In this document: piece after piece, positions 8,853-19,038 of the stretch
How positions within the stretch are numbered: the first letter of the stretch is position 1
Layout: each line of letters opens with the position of its first letter
Source of the DNA: an uncultured Actinomycetes bacterium
Lineage (GTDB): Bacteria > Actinomycetota > Thermoleophilia > Gaiellales > F1-60-MAGs149
Direction: 5' to 3'
NCBI GenBank assembly: GCA_963732645.1
Contig: CAVTAC010000011.1
Span: 44,278-108,277, forward strand
Length of the DNA stretch: 64,000 nucleotides
Made by a program: the position numbers and the translations under genes
Notes under the pieces: generated by a model
Database searches by the model: none
What the model was told of the DNA's origin: nothing
Seen by the model: only the letters and a program-made list of their open reading frames with translations

Positions 8853-10790
8853 TCGGCGGCCTCGCGATCGCCGGGCTTCTCGCCCTGGTCGCCGGTGCCG
8901 CGATTCCCGTCGCGAGCAGCCGCGTCCGGACGGGATTGCTGGTTCAGGCGCTGGGCGCGACGGTGCTCGGCGCGGTTGGCGGCCTGGTGCTGTGGAGCGG
9001 CGACCCGGTGGGCGCGTCGTTCAGCAGTGAGATCAGCCCCGCCTTCGGCATCGATCCGCTGAGCGCGGCCTTCCTCCTGATGCTGGGGATCGCGAGCGGT
9101 CCGGTCCTGGTCTTCGCCGCCGGCTATCTCGACTCGACACCGCGCGGGCGAGCGGTGGCCTCACTCACCGGCGTGTTCGTCGTGATGCTGCTCGGCCTGC
9201 TGTGCGCGCGCGACGTCGTCACCTTCCTGCTCGCGTGGGAGGTGATGACCCTCGTCCCGGCCGCGATCATCCTGATCTGGCGCGCCGACGACGAGGCGCG
9301 CCGGAGCGTGTTCGTCTACGCGGCGATCACCCACCTGGCCGGGGCCGGCGCCTGGGTCGCGCTGCTGGTGCTCGCAGACCACGGAGCGCTCGGCGGGCCC
9401 GCGCTCGACGCGTCGTCGACGACCGGGGCGCTGGTCGCGATCGCGGCCCTGATCGGGTTCGGCGCGAAGGCCGGCGTGATGCCGTTGCACGTCTGGCTGC
9501 CGCGGACACATCCGCTGGCGCCCGCTCACGTGTCGGCCCTGATGAGCGGCGTGATGGTCAAGGTCGCGATCTACGGCCTGATGCGGGTCCTGCTGCAATG
9601 GCTCGACGCGCCACCGCTCTGGGTCGGCGCGACGGTGGTCGCGCTCGGTGCGGTGTCCGCCCTGGCGGGTGTGGTCTATGCCCTTCTCCAGCACGAGCTC
9701 AAGCGCCTGCTCGCGCTGTCGTCGATCGAGAACGTCGGGATCATTCTGCTCGGCCTCGGCGCCGCGCTCGTCCTCCGGGCCGAAGGCGCGACGGGGTGGG
9801 CCGGGCTCGCACTGGCCGCAGCGCTCCTGCACACCCTCAACCACGCCGTCTTCAAGGCGCTCCTGTTCCTCTGCGCCGGCGCGTTCGACCGTGCCGTGCA
9901 CGGGCTCGACCTCGATGCGCTCGGCGGCCTGCTCCGCCGCATGCCATGGACCGGCTGGTCGTTCCTCGTCGGCGGTGCGGCCATCGCCGGAGTCGTCCCG
10001 CTGAACGGCTTCGTGTCCGAGTGGCTCACCTTCCAGGCGCTCATCGGGATCGTCTTCGGCGGCGGCATCACGTCCGGCCTGACCGCCGCGCTGGCGATCG
10101 GCGCGCTGGCGCTCACCGCCGCTCTGGCGGTGTACTGCTTCGTCCGGGTCGTCGGCCTGGTCCTGCTCGGACCGCCACGCCGCCGCGCCGTCGCCGAGGC
10201 CGTCGAGGCGCCGTGGGAGATGCGCGCCGGTATGGTCGCCCTGGCGGCCTGGTGCGTCGTCCTCGGGATGAGCCCCGGCGCGCTCGTGCCCCGCTTCACC
10301 GCCATCGTGCCCGGCGCCGCCGGCGTCGGTGACCCGCTCGGGATCCCGCTGCCCGGCACCGGCGGCCTGCCGACGCTGGCGCTGCTGGTGTCGGTCGTCG
10401 TGGCGGTCGGTCGGGCTGCGACTACTGCGGGGCCGGCGAACCGCCGCTCCCGCACCGACATGGGCCTGCGGCCAGCGCTTGGAGCCGGCTCTCAACTGGT
10501 CCAGCGCCGGCTTCACGAAGCCGGTGCGGCTGGTGCTGGAGGCGGTTCTCCGGCCCGAGCGGGAGCTCACGACGCTGACCAACCACGGCGTCGTCCAGTC
10601 GGTCGCCTACCGCGGGCGGGTTCCGGCGCTGGTCGAGGAGCGTATCTACGCCCCGCTCGCGGACGCCGCGCTGCGGGGCGCCGCGGTGGCCCGCAAGCTC
10701 CAGTCCGGCCGGCTCAGCATCTACGCCGTCTACCTCACCGGCCTGCTCGTCGGCCTCCTCGCCTGCGCCCGGCTGGGACTGCTCGGATGA
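8849..10790 (+). CDS. hyfB: Hydrogenase-4 component B-like antiporter subunit (frameshift ~10410)
   Basis: GFGAKAGVMPLHVWLP..HP.AP, LKRLLALSSIENVG, PLNGFVSEW; C-terminal TWACG...LQSGRLSIY continues in the 10329..10790 frame. Confidence 0.88.
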
Positions 10791-11716
10791 CCGCCCAAAC
10801 CGTCGTAGCCTTCCTTCTGCAGATCGTCGCCGTCACGGTCGCCGCGCCCTTGCTGCCGGGCGTGACGCAGTGGGCCAAGGCGCGGCTGCAGGGGCGCCGG
10901 GGCGCCTCGCCCGTGCAGCCGTACCGCGAGCTGGCGCGGCTCTGGCGCAAGTCGGTGGTCGACCCGGAGGGCACGGGGCCGATCTACCGGGCCGGGCCGG
11001 CCGTCGTCGCCGGCATGCTGGTTCTGGCCGGGCTTCTGGTGCCGATCGCCGGGCTTGCGCCCGCGTCGCCGATCGGACACGACGCGCTGCTGCTGGTGGG
11101 GCTGCTCGCCCTCGCCCGCTTCGCGCTCGCGTCGACGGCGTGGGACACGTCCAACGGCTTCTCGCTGCAGGGTGCGAGCCGTGATCTCGCGATGAGCGTC
11201 TGCGCCGAGGCCGCACTGGTACTGGCGCTGGTTGCGGCCGCGGTCGCCGGGGCGACCACCGACCTGCGCGGCATGGCGACCTCGAGCGCCGGCACCGATG
11301 CGTGGACCGATCCGGCGCAGGCCCTGGCGCTGGTCGCGTTCCTGATCGTCGCGGTCGCCGAGACCGGCCGGCAGCCGATCGACAACCCGGACACGCACCT
11401 CGAGCTGACGATGATCCACGAGGGACCGCTCCTCGAGTACGCGGGCCGCGACCTGGCCCTCCTGCAGTGGGCCGCGGCACTCCGCCACTGGCTCGTGCTG
11501 GGCCTCGCCGCGGCGATCTTCCTCCCGCACCCCTCCGGCTTCGTGGCGGCCGTCGCGTTGCTGCCGCTGACGCTCGTCGCGCTCGCACTCGCACTCGCGC
11601 TGCTCGAGACGATGGTCGCGAAGATGCGGATCCTGCTCGCGCCGCGGCTGCTGGCAGTGGGCGCCGGCGTGGCATTGCTGGCCGTGCTGACGCGCCTGGT
11701 CGAGGTGCACCCGTGA
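10787..11716 (+). CDS. hyfC: Hydrogenase-4 component C (HycD/NuoH-like)
   Basis: KARLQGRRG, AETGRQPIDNPDTHLELTMIHE motifs; ATGA overlap with hyfB. Confidence 0.9.
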   Translation: MTAQTVVAFLLQIVAVTVAAPLLPGVTQWAKARLQGRRGASPVQPYRELARLWRKSVVDPEGTGPIYRAGPAVVAGMLVLAGLLVPIAGLAPASPIGHDALLLVGLLALARFALASTAWDTSNGFSLQGASRDLAMSVCAEAALVLALVAAAVAGATTDLRGMATSSAGTDAWTDPAQALALVAFLIVAVAETGRQPIDNPDTHLELTMIHEGPLLEYAGRDLALLQWAAALRHWLVLGLAAAIFLPHPSGFVAAVALLPLTLVALALALALLETMVAKMRILLAPRLLAVGAGVALLAVLTRLVEVHP

Positions 11717-12324
11717 GCGGGGCCGTCGTGTGGGCCGTGGTGGCACTCGGCCTCGGGGTGCCGACGATCCGGCGCCGGTCGATCGCCGTCGCGCTCGTCA
11801 CCGCACAGGCCCTGCTCCTCGCCGGCGCGGCGGCCGTGGACGCGGGCGACGTCCACGAGCTCACCGCCGCCGCCGCGCTGCTCGCGCGCGCCGTGCTCCT
11901 CGGCGCGCTGCTGCTGGTCGTGGTGCGGCGTACGCGGGAGCAGCGGCCGGTTCGATCGGATGCCGGCCCGCTGGCGCGCGGTGCCGCCGCCGTCGGGCTC
12001 GCGCTGCTGCTCGCAGTGCTCGTCCCGAGCCTCGGACTCGGCGACCGCAACGCCGAGTACGCGGTGCTGTCCCTGATGGCCTTCGGACTCGTCACGATCA
12101 TCACGCGCCGCGCCACGGTGCTGCAGATCGTCGCGCTCGTCCAGATCGAGAACGCCCTGGCCGTCGCGGCCCTGGCGGCCGCGGGCGGTCTGACGACGCT
12201 GATCGAGCTGGGCGTCGCGGCCGACCTGATCGTCGTCGTGCTCGTCGCCTCGCTGCTGCACGCGCGCATCTACGCGGAGTTCGGCAGCGGCGACACCAGC
12301 CACCTGGGGCAGCTCCGTGACTAG
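11713..12324 (+). CDS. hyfE: Hydrogenase-4 component E-like membrane subunit
   Basis: Polytopic, QIVALVQIENA and IELGVAADL, ends HLGQLRD; GTGA overlap. Confidence 0.82.
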   Translation: MSGAVVWAVVALGLGVPTIRRRSIAVALVTAQALLLAGAAAVDAGDVHELTAAAALLARAVLLGALLLVVVRRTREQRPVRSDAGPLARGAAAVGLALLLAVLVPSLGLGDRNAEYAVLSLMAFGLVTIITRRATVLQIVALVQIENALAVAALAAAGGLTTLIELGVAADLIVVVLVASLLHARIYAEFGSGDTSHLGQLRD

Positions 12325-13795
12325 CCGCGAGTTGCTGGCCGGCGCCGTACCGGCCGTGCCGCTGGTCGCCGCCGCACTGGTGGCCGTGCTTCCCAGCGAG
12401 CGCGCCGGCCAGCGCCTCGCGCTCGCCGCCGGTGCGCTCACCGGCGTGCTGGCCGCCATCACGAGCGCCTGGGCTCTGGTGCTGGCCGACCAGCCGCTGC
12501 TCGGCGACTGGCTCGCCCTCGATGCCGCGGGAGCGGTCCTCGTCGGCGTCATCGCCGTCGTCGGCACGGCCAGCGTGGCGATCTCGCCGGCCTATCTGGC
12601 CACCACCGCCCACGGCGCATCGGGGCCGCGTGGACCCCGAGCCCACTACTACGCCGCGCTGCTGATCTTCTGGGCCGCGCTGCTCGCCGTTCCGATGGCC
12701 GCGAATCTCGGTGCCGCCTGGCTGCTCGTCGAGGCCACCACCGCCGCGTCCGCGCTGCTGGTCGCCTTCTCGGGCAAGCCGCGTGCACTGGAGGCCGCCT
12801 GGAAGTATCTCGTGCTCACATCACTCGGACTCGCCATGGCGCTGCTCGGCGTCGTCGTCCTGCAGGTCGCACAGCACCAGGCTGGCGGGCCGACCGGCCT
12901 CACGTACACCAGCATCCACGACGCGGCGGCGGGCCTCGACCCCGAGGTCACGCTCGTCGCCTACCTGCTGCTCCTCGCCGGCCTCGCCGCGAAGATCGGC
13001 TGGGCGCCCGTCCACAACTGGCTCCCGGACGCCCACTCGGAGGCACCGCCTCCCGTCTCGGCGCTGCTGTCTGCGGCGCTGCTCCCGGCCGTTCTCCTCG
13101 TTGCCTGGCGGGTACAGCAGGCGCTCGCGGACAGCGTCGGCGATGCCGCGAGCCGCCAGGTGTTCATCCTGTTCGGCCTGGCGTCGCTCGCGGTGGCCGT
13201 GCCGTTCCTCTGGCGCCCGCAGGCCTGGAAACGGCTGCTCGCGTACTCGAGCCTCGAGCACATGGGCGTGATCGCGCTCGGCATCGGCTTCGGCCACCCG
13301 CTCGCTCTGGCCGGCGTCGTCGTACACATCGCCGGTCACGCGATCGCCAAGGCGGTCGGCTTCTACGTGTCGATTCCCCTCCTCGTCGTCCAGCCCTCGA
13401 CCGCGACCCGTGCGCCGCGGGGCGTCGCCCGCCGCGACGGCTGGGTGGGGGGCGTCGTGGCGGGCTCGCTGGGCGCGCTGGCCGGGCTCCCGCCGTCTCC
13501 CCTCTTCGTCTCGGAGCTGCTGATCGGTCTCGGTGGCATTCAGTCGGGGCACACGGGTGCGGTCGCGGCCGCCGTCGTCCTGCTCGCACTCGGCTTCCTC
13601 GGGCTGGCGCACACCCTCGTCGAGGCCGTCGCCGGCCGGAACGGCAGTCGGCCACGCCCCTCGCCCGCACCGAGCCGGACGCTCACTCGCGCCCTCGCCG
13701 GGTGCGGCGCCGTGCTGCTGCTGGCGGTCGCCTTCGCAGCGCTTGCGCTCCCGGATTCGGCGATCGTCCAGGCCCTCACCCGAGGACTCGCGTGA
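12317..13795 (+). CDS. hyfF: Hydrogenase-4 component F-like antiporter subunit
   Basis: EATT..SALLV, ALEAAWKY, KIGWAPVHNWLPDAHSEAP, KRLLAYSSLEHMG, GLPPSPLFVSE. Confidence 0.9.
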   Translation: MTSRELLAGAVPAVPLVAAALVAVLPSERAGQRLALAAGALTGVLAAITSAWALVLADQPLLGDWLALDAAGAVLVGVIAVVGTASVAISPAYLATTAHGASGPRGPRAHYYAALLIFWAALLAVPMAANLGAAWLLVEATTAASALLVAFSGKPRALEAAWKYLVLTSLGLAMALLGVVVLQVAQHQAGGPTGLTYTSIHDAAAGLDPEVTLVAYLLLLAGLAAKIGWAPVHNWLPDAHSEAPPPVSALLSAALLPAVLLVAWRVQQALADSVGDAASRQVFILFGLASLAVAVPFLWRPQAWKRLLAYSSLEHMGVIALGIGFGHPLALAGVVVHIAGHAIAKAVGFYVSIPLLVVQPSTATRAPRGVARRDGWVGGVVAGSLGALAGLPPSPLFVSELLIGLGGIQSGHTGAVAAAVVLLALGFLGLAHTLVEAVAGRNGSRPRPSPAPSRTLTRALAGCGAVLLLAVAFAALALPDSAIVQALTRGLA

Positions 13796-15205
13796 GCTAC
13801 TACGCCTCTGCCGGTGATCACTACCGCGACGCCATCGCCGACGCTCTCGGCGCGGGCGCCAGGCTCGCGAGCCTCTACGCCAGTACCGACGACGGCCAGG
13901 CCGTGGTGCGCGCGGTGCTGCTGCGACCCGGATGGGCCGCTGCGGGTCGAGACCGTCCAGGTCCACAACGGCGGCGTGCCGAGCATCGTCGACCTCACGC
14001 GCGCAGCAGGGTGGCCGGAGCGAGAGGCCCACGACCTCCACGGCGTCCGCTTCGACGGCCATGCGCCGCTGCGCCCTCTCGTCGATCACCCTGCGGATCC
14101 GTCCACGTGGACGGTGCCGGTCCGGGGTGCCGACGTCTACCAGATCGTCGTCGGGCCGATCCACGCAAGCGTGATCGAGTCGGGTCACTTTCGCTTCAGC
14201 GTCGTCGGCGACCGCGTGCTGCACCTCGACATCCAGCTGTTCTACAAGCACCGCGGCCTCGAACAGGCAGCCGTCGGCGTGCCGCTCGACGACGCCATCG
14301 CCTACGCGGCCCGCGCCTGCGGCGCCTGCGCGGTCACCAACCGGGTGGCGTACGCCCACGCCGTCGAGCAGCTCCGTGGCCTGCGCCCCGGCGACCACGT
14401 GGCCCGTGCCCGGACGGTGCTGCTCGAGCTCGAGCGGCTCTGGAGCCACCTCAACGACATCGCTGCGATCTGCGCCGGCGTCGGTCTCGCGGCCGGCAAC
14501 CACCGGTTCGCGGCGCTCTGCGAGGATGCCCGGCGGCTGAACGCCGCGATCACCGGCCACCGGCTGCTGTTCGACGCCGTCCACGTCGGAGGCAATCGCA
14601 TCACCCTCGACGACGCGCAGTGCAGCGCCGCGCGTGACACCCTGGCGAAGCTCCGCTCCGAGACGGCATCAGCCTGGCGGGAGCTGGTCTTCAACGCGTC
14701 GTTCCAGGACCGCCTCATCGATGTCGGCGTCCTCACGACCGCGGACGCGGTCGATCTCGGTGCGGTCGGCCCGGTCGCCCGGGCCTCGGGCGTCGCCGAG
14801 GACGCTCGAACCGGTCAGGCCGGATGGCTGCGGTACGAGGGCCTCAGCCCGGCCATCGGAGAACGGCCGCTGGGCGACGTCCGCGCGCGCCTCGAGCAGC
14901 GCGAGGTGGAGCTCGCGCAGACCTTCGGGCTGCTGGACGACCTCCTCGGCACTCCGCTGGCCGCAGCGGCCTGCGAGATCGACGGCCCGACGAAGACGCG
15001 CGGCATCGCGCGCGTCGAAAGCCCGCGCGGAGCGACCGTGTGCGCCGTCGAGCGCGCCGGCGAACACGTCGGCCGGCTCCACCTGCACACCGGCTCCTAC
15101 GCAAACTGGCCGGTGCTCCAGCACGTCGTACCGGGCAACCTGCTGCCCGACTTCCCGCTCATCAACAAGAGCTTCGAGCTCTGCTACGCCTGCGCGGACC
15201 GCTGA
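13792..15205 (+). CDS. hyfG: Group 4 hydrogenase large subunit (HyfG/HycE, NuoCD-like; frameshift ~13925)
   Basis: PEREAHDLHG, GPIHASVIESGHFRF, FYKHRG, RACGAC, ESPRG, C-terminal INKSFELCYACADR. Confidence 0.88.
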
Positions 15206-15208
15206 GAG

Positions 15209-15757
15209 ATGTTCACGCTGCTCCGCGACCTCCGCAACCTCCGCCGCCGGATCGACCTGCCCGCCGCCGACCGCGGCCGCTCGCTCGCGATCCGCCACGT
15301 CGACGCCGGCTCCTGCAACGGCTGCGAGCACGAGCTGACGCTCACGACGAGCCCGTACTACGACCTCCAGCGCTACGGCCTCAGTGTCGTCGCCTCACCC
15401 CGGCACGCCGACCTCCTGCTCGTCACCGGCGCGGTCACCACACGCATGCGCGACGCGCTCGTGATCGCCTACCACGCGATGCCCGAACCGCGACGGGTCG
15501 CGGCGCTCGGCGACTGCGCTCTCGGTTGCAACGTCCTCGCCCGCGCCGGGACCGTCGTCGGCGGCGTCGAGGACATCCTGCCGGTGGACCTGCGCATCCC
15601 GGGGTGCCCGCCGACCCCGACCGCGATCGCCGAATGCCTGCTCCGCCTCCTCGATACCCAACAGGAACCGCCCGCGACTTCCCGCGCGGGAGCCCCAGCC
15701 ACGAGCGAGGGAAGCCGACGGGGAGACTCGAACTCCCGACCCCATCATTACGAGTGA
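15209..15757 (+). CDS. hyfI: Group 4 hydrogenase small subunit (HyfI/NuoB-like); stop lies inside the antisense tRNA
   Basis: DAGSCNGCE, SPRHAD, GDCA, PGCPP [4Fe-4S] motifs. Confidence 0.88.
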   Translation: MFTLLRDLRNLRRRIDLPAADRGRSLAIRHVDAGSCNGCEHELTLTTSPYYDLQRYGLSVVASPRHADLLLVTGAVTTRMRDALVIAYHAMPEPRRVAALGDCALGCNVLARAGTVVGGVEDILPVDLRIPGCPPTPTAIAECLLRLLDTQQEPPATSRAGAPATSEGSRRGDSNSRPHHYE

Positions 15758-15785
15758 TGTGCTCTACCAGCTGAGCTACGTCGGC
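15713..15785 (-). tRNA. tRNA-Thr(CGT)
   Basis: GCCGACG/CGTCGGC acceptor stem, D arm TAGCTCAGCTGGTAGAGC, anticodon arm CATCA-CTCGTAA-TGATG, GTTCGAGT T loop; 73 nt, CCA not encoded; TAAAAT -10 at 15798-15803. Confidence 0.96.
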
Positions 15786-15856
15786 GCGGACAGGCGCATT
15801 TTACGTGCAACCGGGACCCGGCGCCGCATGCGGCGGACGGCGCGCATCATGCCCGC

Positions 15857-16471
15857 GTGCTGATCGAGCCCGTCCGGTGCGGCGACGTCGTCGTCCAGCT
15901 CGCGCGTCCCGAGCCGGTCGATCTGGCCGTGCTGCTGGAGGCCGCCGTCGAGGAGGCGCCCTACTGGGCCGAGCTGTGGCCGTCGGCCCGGGCGCTGGCC
16001 GAGGCCGTCGCCGTGCGGGACGTGCGCGGCCTGCGGGTGCTGGAGGTGGGAGCGGGCCTCGGCCTGCCCGCACTCGTCGCGGCCGCCCACGGCGCCGACG
16101 CGACCGCGTCGGACGTCGACCCCGCCGCGCTCGGCTACGTGCTCGAGAGCGCGCGGGCGAGCGGCCTCGAGGTCGCCGTCGCCGAGCTCGACTTCGCCGA
16201 TCCGTCGCCGGCGATGACCGGCTTCGATCTCGTGCTGGCGGCCGACGTGCTGTACGTCGACGCGTCGGCCGCGCACCTGGCCGGCTCGCTCGCGCACCTG
16301 CTCGCGCCGCACGGTCGCGCGCTGCTGACGTGCCCGTGGCGAGGCCAGGCCGACCGCCTCGCGGCGTCGCTGCCCGCCGGCATCCGCGTCGCCGACCGCA
16401 GCTCGGTGCCGGCCGTGTCGTTTCGCGGGCAGCCGATGGACATCGACCTGGTCGAGCTCGCGCGCGGCTGA
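15857..16471 (+). CDS. Class I SAM-dependent methyltransferase (Methyltransf_16-like)
   Basis: PYWAELWPSA, VLEVGAGLGL, DLVLAADVLY motifs. Confidence 0.85.
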   Translation: MLIEPVRCGDVVVQLARPEPVDLAVLLEAAVEEAPYWAELWPSARALAEAVAVRDVRGLRVLEVGAGLGLPALVAAAHGADATASDVDPAALGYVLESARASGLEVAVAELDFADPSPAMTGFDLVLAADVLYVDASAAHLAGSLAHLLAPHGRALLTCPWRGQADRLAASLPAGIRVADRSSVPAVSFRGQPMDIDLVELARG

Positions 16472-18062
16472 TCAGGTCGTCGCGGCGGGGGCGCGGTGGT
16501 GCGTCGTCGTCGTCATCGTGATCGCCGCCGCTGCCCTTGCCGGACGAGTCGTCGTCCGAGTCGCCCTCGTCCGAGCCGCCCCTGCCGGACGAGTCCTCGT
16601 CGGAGCCGCGCTCGCCGGAGCCCTTCGAGGAGCCGGAGGAGTCGCCGTCATCGCGGTCGGAGCCGCCGCCGCCCTTGCCGCCGCCGTGCTTGCCGTGATG
16701 GCCGGAACCGCTGTGGTCGCCCTCGCCGTCCCTGTCGGAGCCCTTGCCGGAACCCGAGCCGTGGTGGCCGTCCGACTCGCCCTTGCCACCCGAGCCGGAG
16801 CCCGAACCGCCGGAGCCCGAGTGACCGTCGCCGCTCTTGTGCTTGCCGCCGGCGCCCGACGCCGGCTCGGACCGTGCCTCTCCGTCGCCGAACGATGCCT
16901 GCTGGCCCGAGGCCGAGGCCGTCGCGCCCGCCGCGGGACGCTCCCGCGCCGGCGTCGCCCCGTCACCGCGCATGTCGTCACCGGCCGACGTGGCCCGAGA
17001 CGGCTGCGTCGCCGCCTCGACCGGCTCGTCGGCCCGCGCCTTCTGCGGCGCCGTCGGCACGACGACCGCGGCCGCCTGGGCGGGCTGCGCGCCGCCGTCG
17101 ATGGTCGCCGACTCGATCGCGACACCGCCGCCGACCGCCGCGACGGTCGCCGCCACCGCAGCCGCACCCTTGAGCGCGGCCGGGCCTGCCGTCAGCTTCG
17201 CGACCATGGCCGCGAGGCTGCCGCCGCCGACCGCGGCCGAGCCGGCCACCGCGCCGCCGCTTGCTCCGGCGGCGAACCCCGGCAGCGCGTCGCCGAGCCG
17301 ATCCGCGAGCGCGGCCGACGGGATCAGCGAACGGGCCACCACGAGCTGCGGCCGCAGCGCGCGCCGCACGGCGCGGCACGACCGGCAGCGCACCAGGTGC
17401 GCGCGGGTGGCGCGGTCGATGGAGCCGTCGGCGAGCGCCTCGCAGGTGCGGACGCATCCCGCCGCCCCCGTCTCCTCCGCTCCGCCGAGTACCCGGATCA
17501 GCTCGCGGCGCGCCCGGTTGAGCAGCGCGTCGACCGCCGACACCGACGTGCCGAGCGAGATGGCGACCTCGGCGGTGGACAGTCCGAGCCACTCCCGCAG
17601 CACGTACGCCTCGCGCTGCGACGTGGGCAGCCGGCCGAGCGCCTGGCGGGCCGCCTGCAGATCGGAGCGCAGCTCGACCGTGCGCGGCACCGAGGGAGCC
17701 GGCGCCGACACCTCGCCGACGCGCTCGTCGTCGAGCGACGCCGACAGCGGCCGCCGCATGCCGGCGGCGATGCGGGCGAGGCACTCGTTGCGCGCGATCT
17801 TGAGCACCCACGCCTGCGGCTCGCGCACCGGCGTCGAGCCCGTCAGGGCGGTGTGCACCGAGAGGAAGGTCGCCTGCGTGGCGTCTTCCGCGTCCTCCCG
17901 CGAGCCCAGCATGTGCCACGCGTAGCGGTACACCGTCGCGCCGTGGCGGCGGTACAGGACCGCCGTCGCGCGGGACGGATCGGCGGGTAACGACGAGCGC
18001 ACCTCCCCCTGGATGGCAGGGGGAGGTGCGGAGTCGCTTGCTGGGTCGCGTACTGCGGCCAT
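16472..18062 (-). CDS. ECF sigma factor with fused zinc-binding anti-sigma motif, TM segment and Gly/Ser/Asp-rich tail (3' end uncertain, probable frameshift)
   Basis: DAEDATQATF, WVLKIARN, LP..QREAYVLRE..GLS..EVA sigma regions; HLVRCRSC; Ala/Val hydrophobic stretch; low-complexity tail. Confidence 0.82.
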
Positions 18063-18114
18063 CAGGTTCTAGATTCGATCGTGCCCTAGGTCGGGGGACG
18101 TGACAAGTCCAGGA

Positions 18115-18963
18115 TCAGTCGTCGTTGTCCTCAGACTTGATGCGAGTCAGGTTCATGACCTGGCCCGCCGGAGCGTTGACGACGTCGAAGTGGACCTCGA
18201 CGAAATCGCCGGTCTTGAGGCCCATCAGGCTGACGCCGTTGATGTTCAGCGTGAAGGCGCCGCCGGCGGTCGGGGCGACCGTGATCGTGGTGCCGTCGGC
18301 GTTCACCGTCAGCGTGCCCTTGACCTCGTCGATGCCGGCATCCTCGTCGGCGTCGTCGTCGTCCTCGGCCTTGATCTTGCGGAGCACGTTGACGCCGTCG
18401 ACGACGTCGAACTCGACCTCGACGAACATGCCGTTGAAGGCCATGACCGCGGCGGGATCGACACCGGCCGGGATCGTGATGTCGACGACCGCGCCGTCGA
18501 CCGTCAGGTGCACGCCGGCCGCATCGACGGTGGCGATGCCCTTGATCTCGGCCTCGTCGACGTCGTCGTCGTCGCGGCTCGAGGTCTCGACGACCACGCC
18601 GTTCTTGAACTTGACCGTCATGTTGAGCGCGTCGCCGGCGCCATGGTGGCGGCGCGGCTTGACGGAGACGGAGGTCTTGTTGCCGGACAGCACGACGCGC
18701 GAGGCGGTGTTGCCGCGGACGACGCCGCTGATGTGCGCGCGGGTGGCGCGGCCGACGACCTTCACGGACTTGCCGTCGACGCGCAGCTGCGTGCCGAGCC
18801 GCAGCTTCTTCGACGTCTTGACCGTCTTGAGGGTGCCGGACTTGGTCGCCACGACGACCGAGCGGTTGCCCTTCTTCACGACGGTGCCGCGGAACGCCTT
18901 GGCGTTGGCGGCGGGCGCGACGAGCAGCAGTGCTGCGACTGCGCCGAGGACGATCTTCTTCAC
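18115..18963 (-). CDS. Secreted beta-rich protein with DUF5666-like repeats and poly-Asp linkers
   Basis: Signal peptide MKKIVLGAVAALLLVAPAANA; two EIKG/EVKG...G.FVEV.F...IK.ED repeats. Confidence 0.65.
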   Translation of the reverse strand: MKKIVLGAVAALLLVAPAANAKAFRGTVVKKGNRSVVVATKSGTLKTVKTSKKLRLGTQLRVDGKSVKVVGRATRAHISGVVRGNTASRVVLSGNKTSVSVKPRRHHGAGDALNMTVKFKNGVVVETSSRDDDDVDEAEIKGIATVDAAGVHLTVDGAVVDITIPAGVDPAAVMAFNGMFVEVEFDVVDGVNVLRKIKAEDDDDADEDAGIDEVKGTLTVNADGTTITVAPTAGGAFTLNINGVSLMGLKTGDFVEVHFDVVNAPAGQVMNLTRIKSEDNDD

Positions 18964-19038
18964 GGGGACCCCTTTGGGAAATGCCAGCGCAGCGACTTCA
19001 GCCACGTGCTGCTCCCTCCAAGTACACCGTGGGGCAGC

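Noticed and set aside
8849..11716. Apparent 955-aa HyfB-HyfC fusion in the ORF track
   Set aside because: Artefact of the ~10410 frameshift; hyfB ends at 10790 in another frame and hyfC has its own overlapping ATG.
1..15712. Prophage, ICE or transposon machinery in the putative island
   Set aside because: No integrase, transposase, relaxase or phage structural gene is recognisable in the window.
8849..15757. Respiratory complex I (nuo) or Mrp antiporter operon
   Set aside because: The subunit set, the HyfE-type gene, the gene order and the CxxC motifs fit a Hyf/Ehr-type complex; nuoA, E, F, G, I and J are absent.
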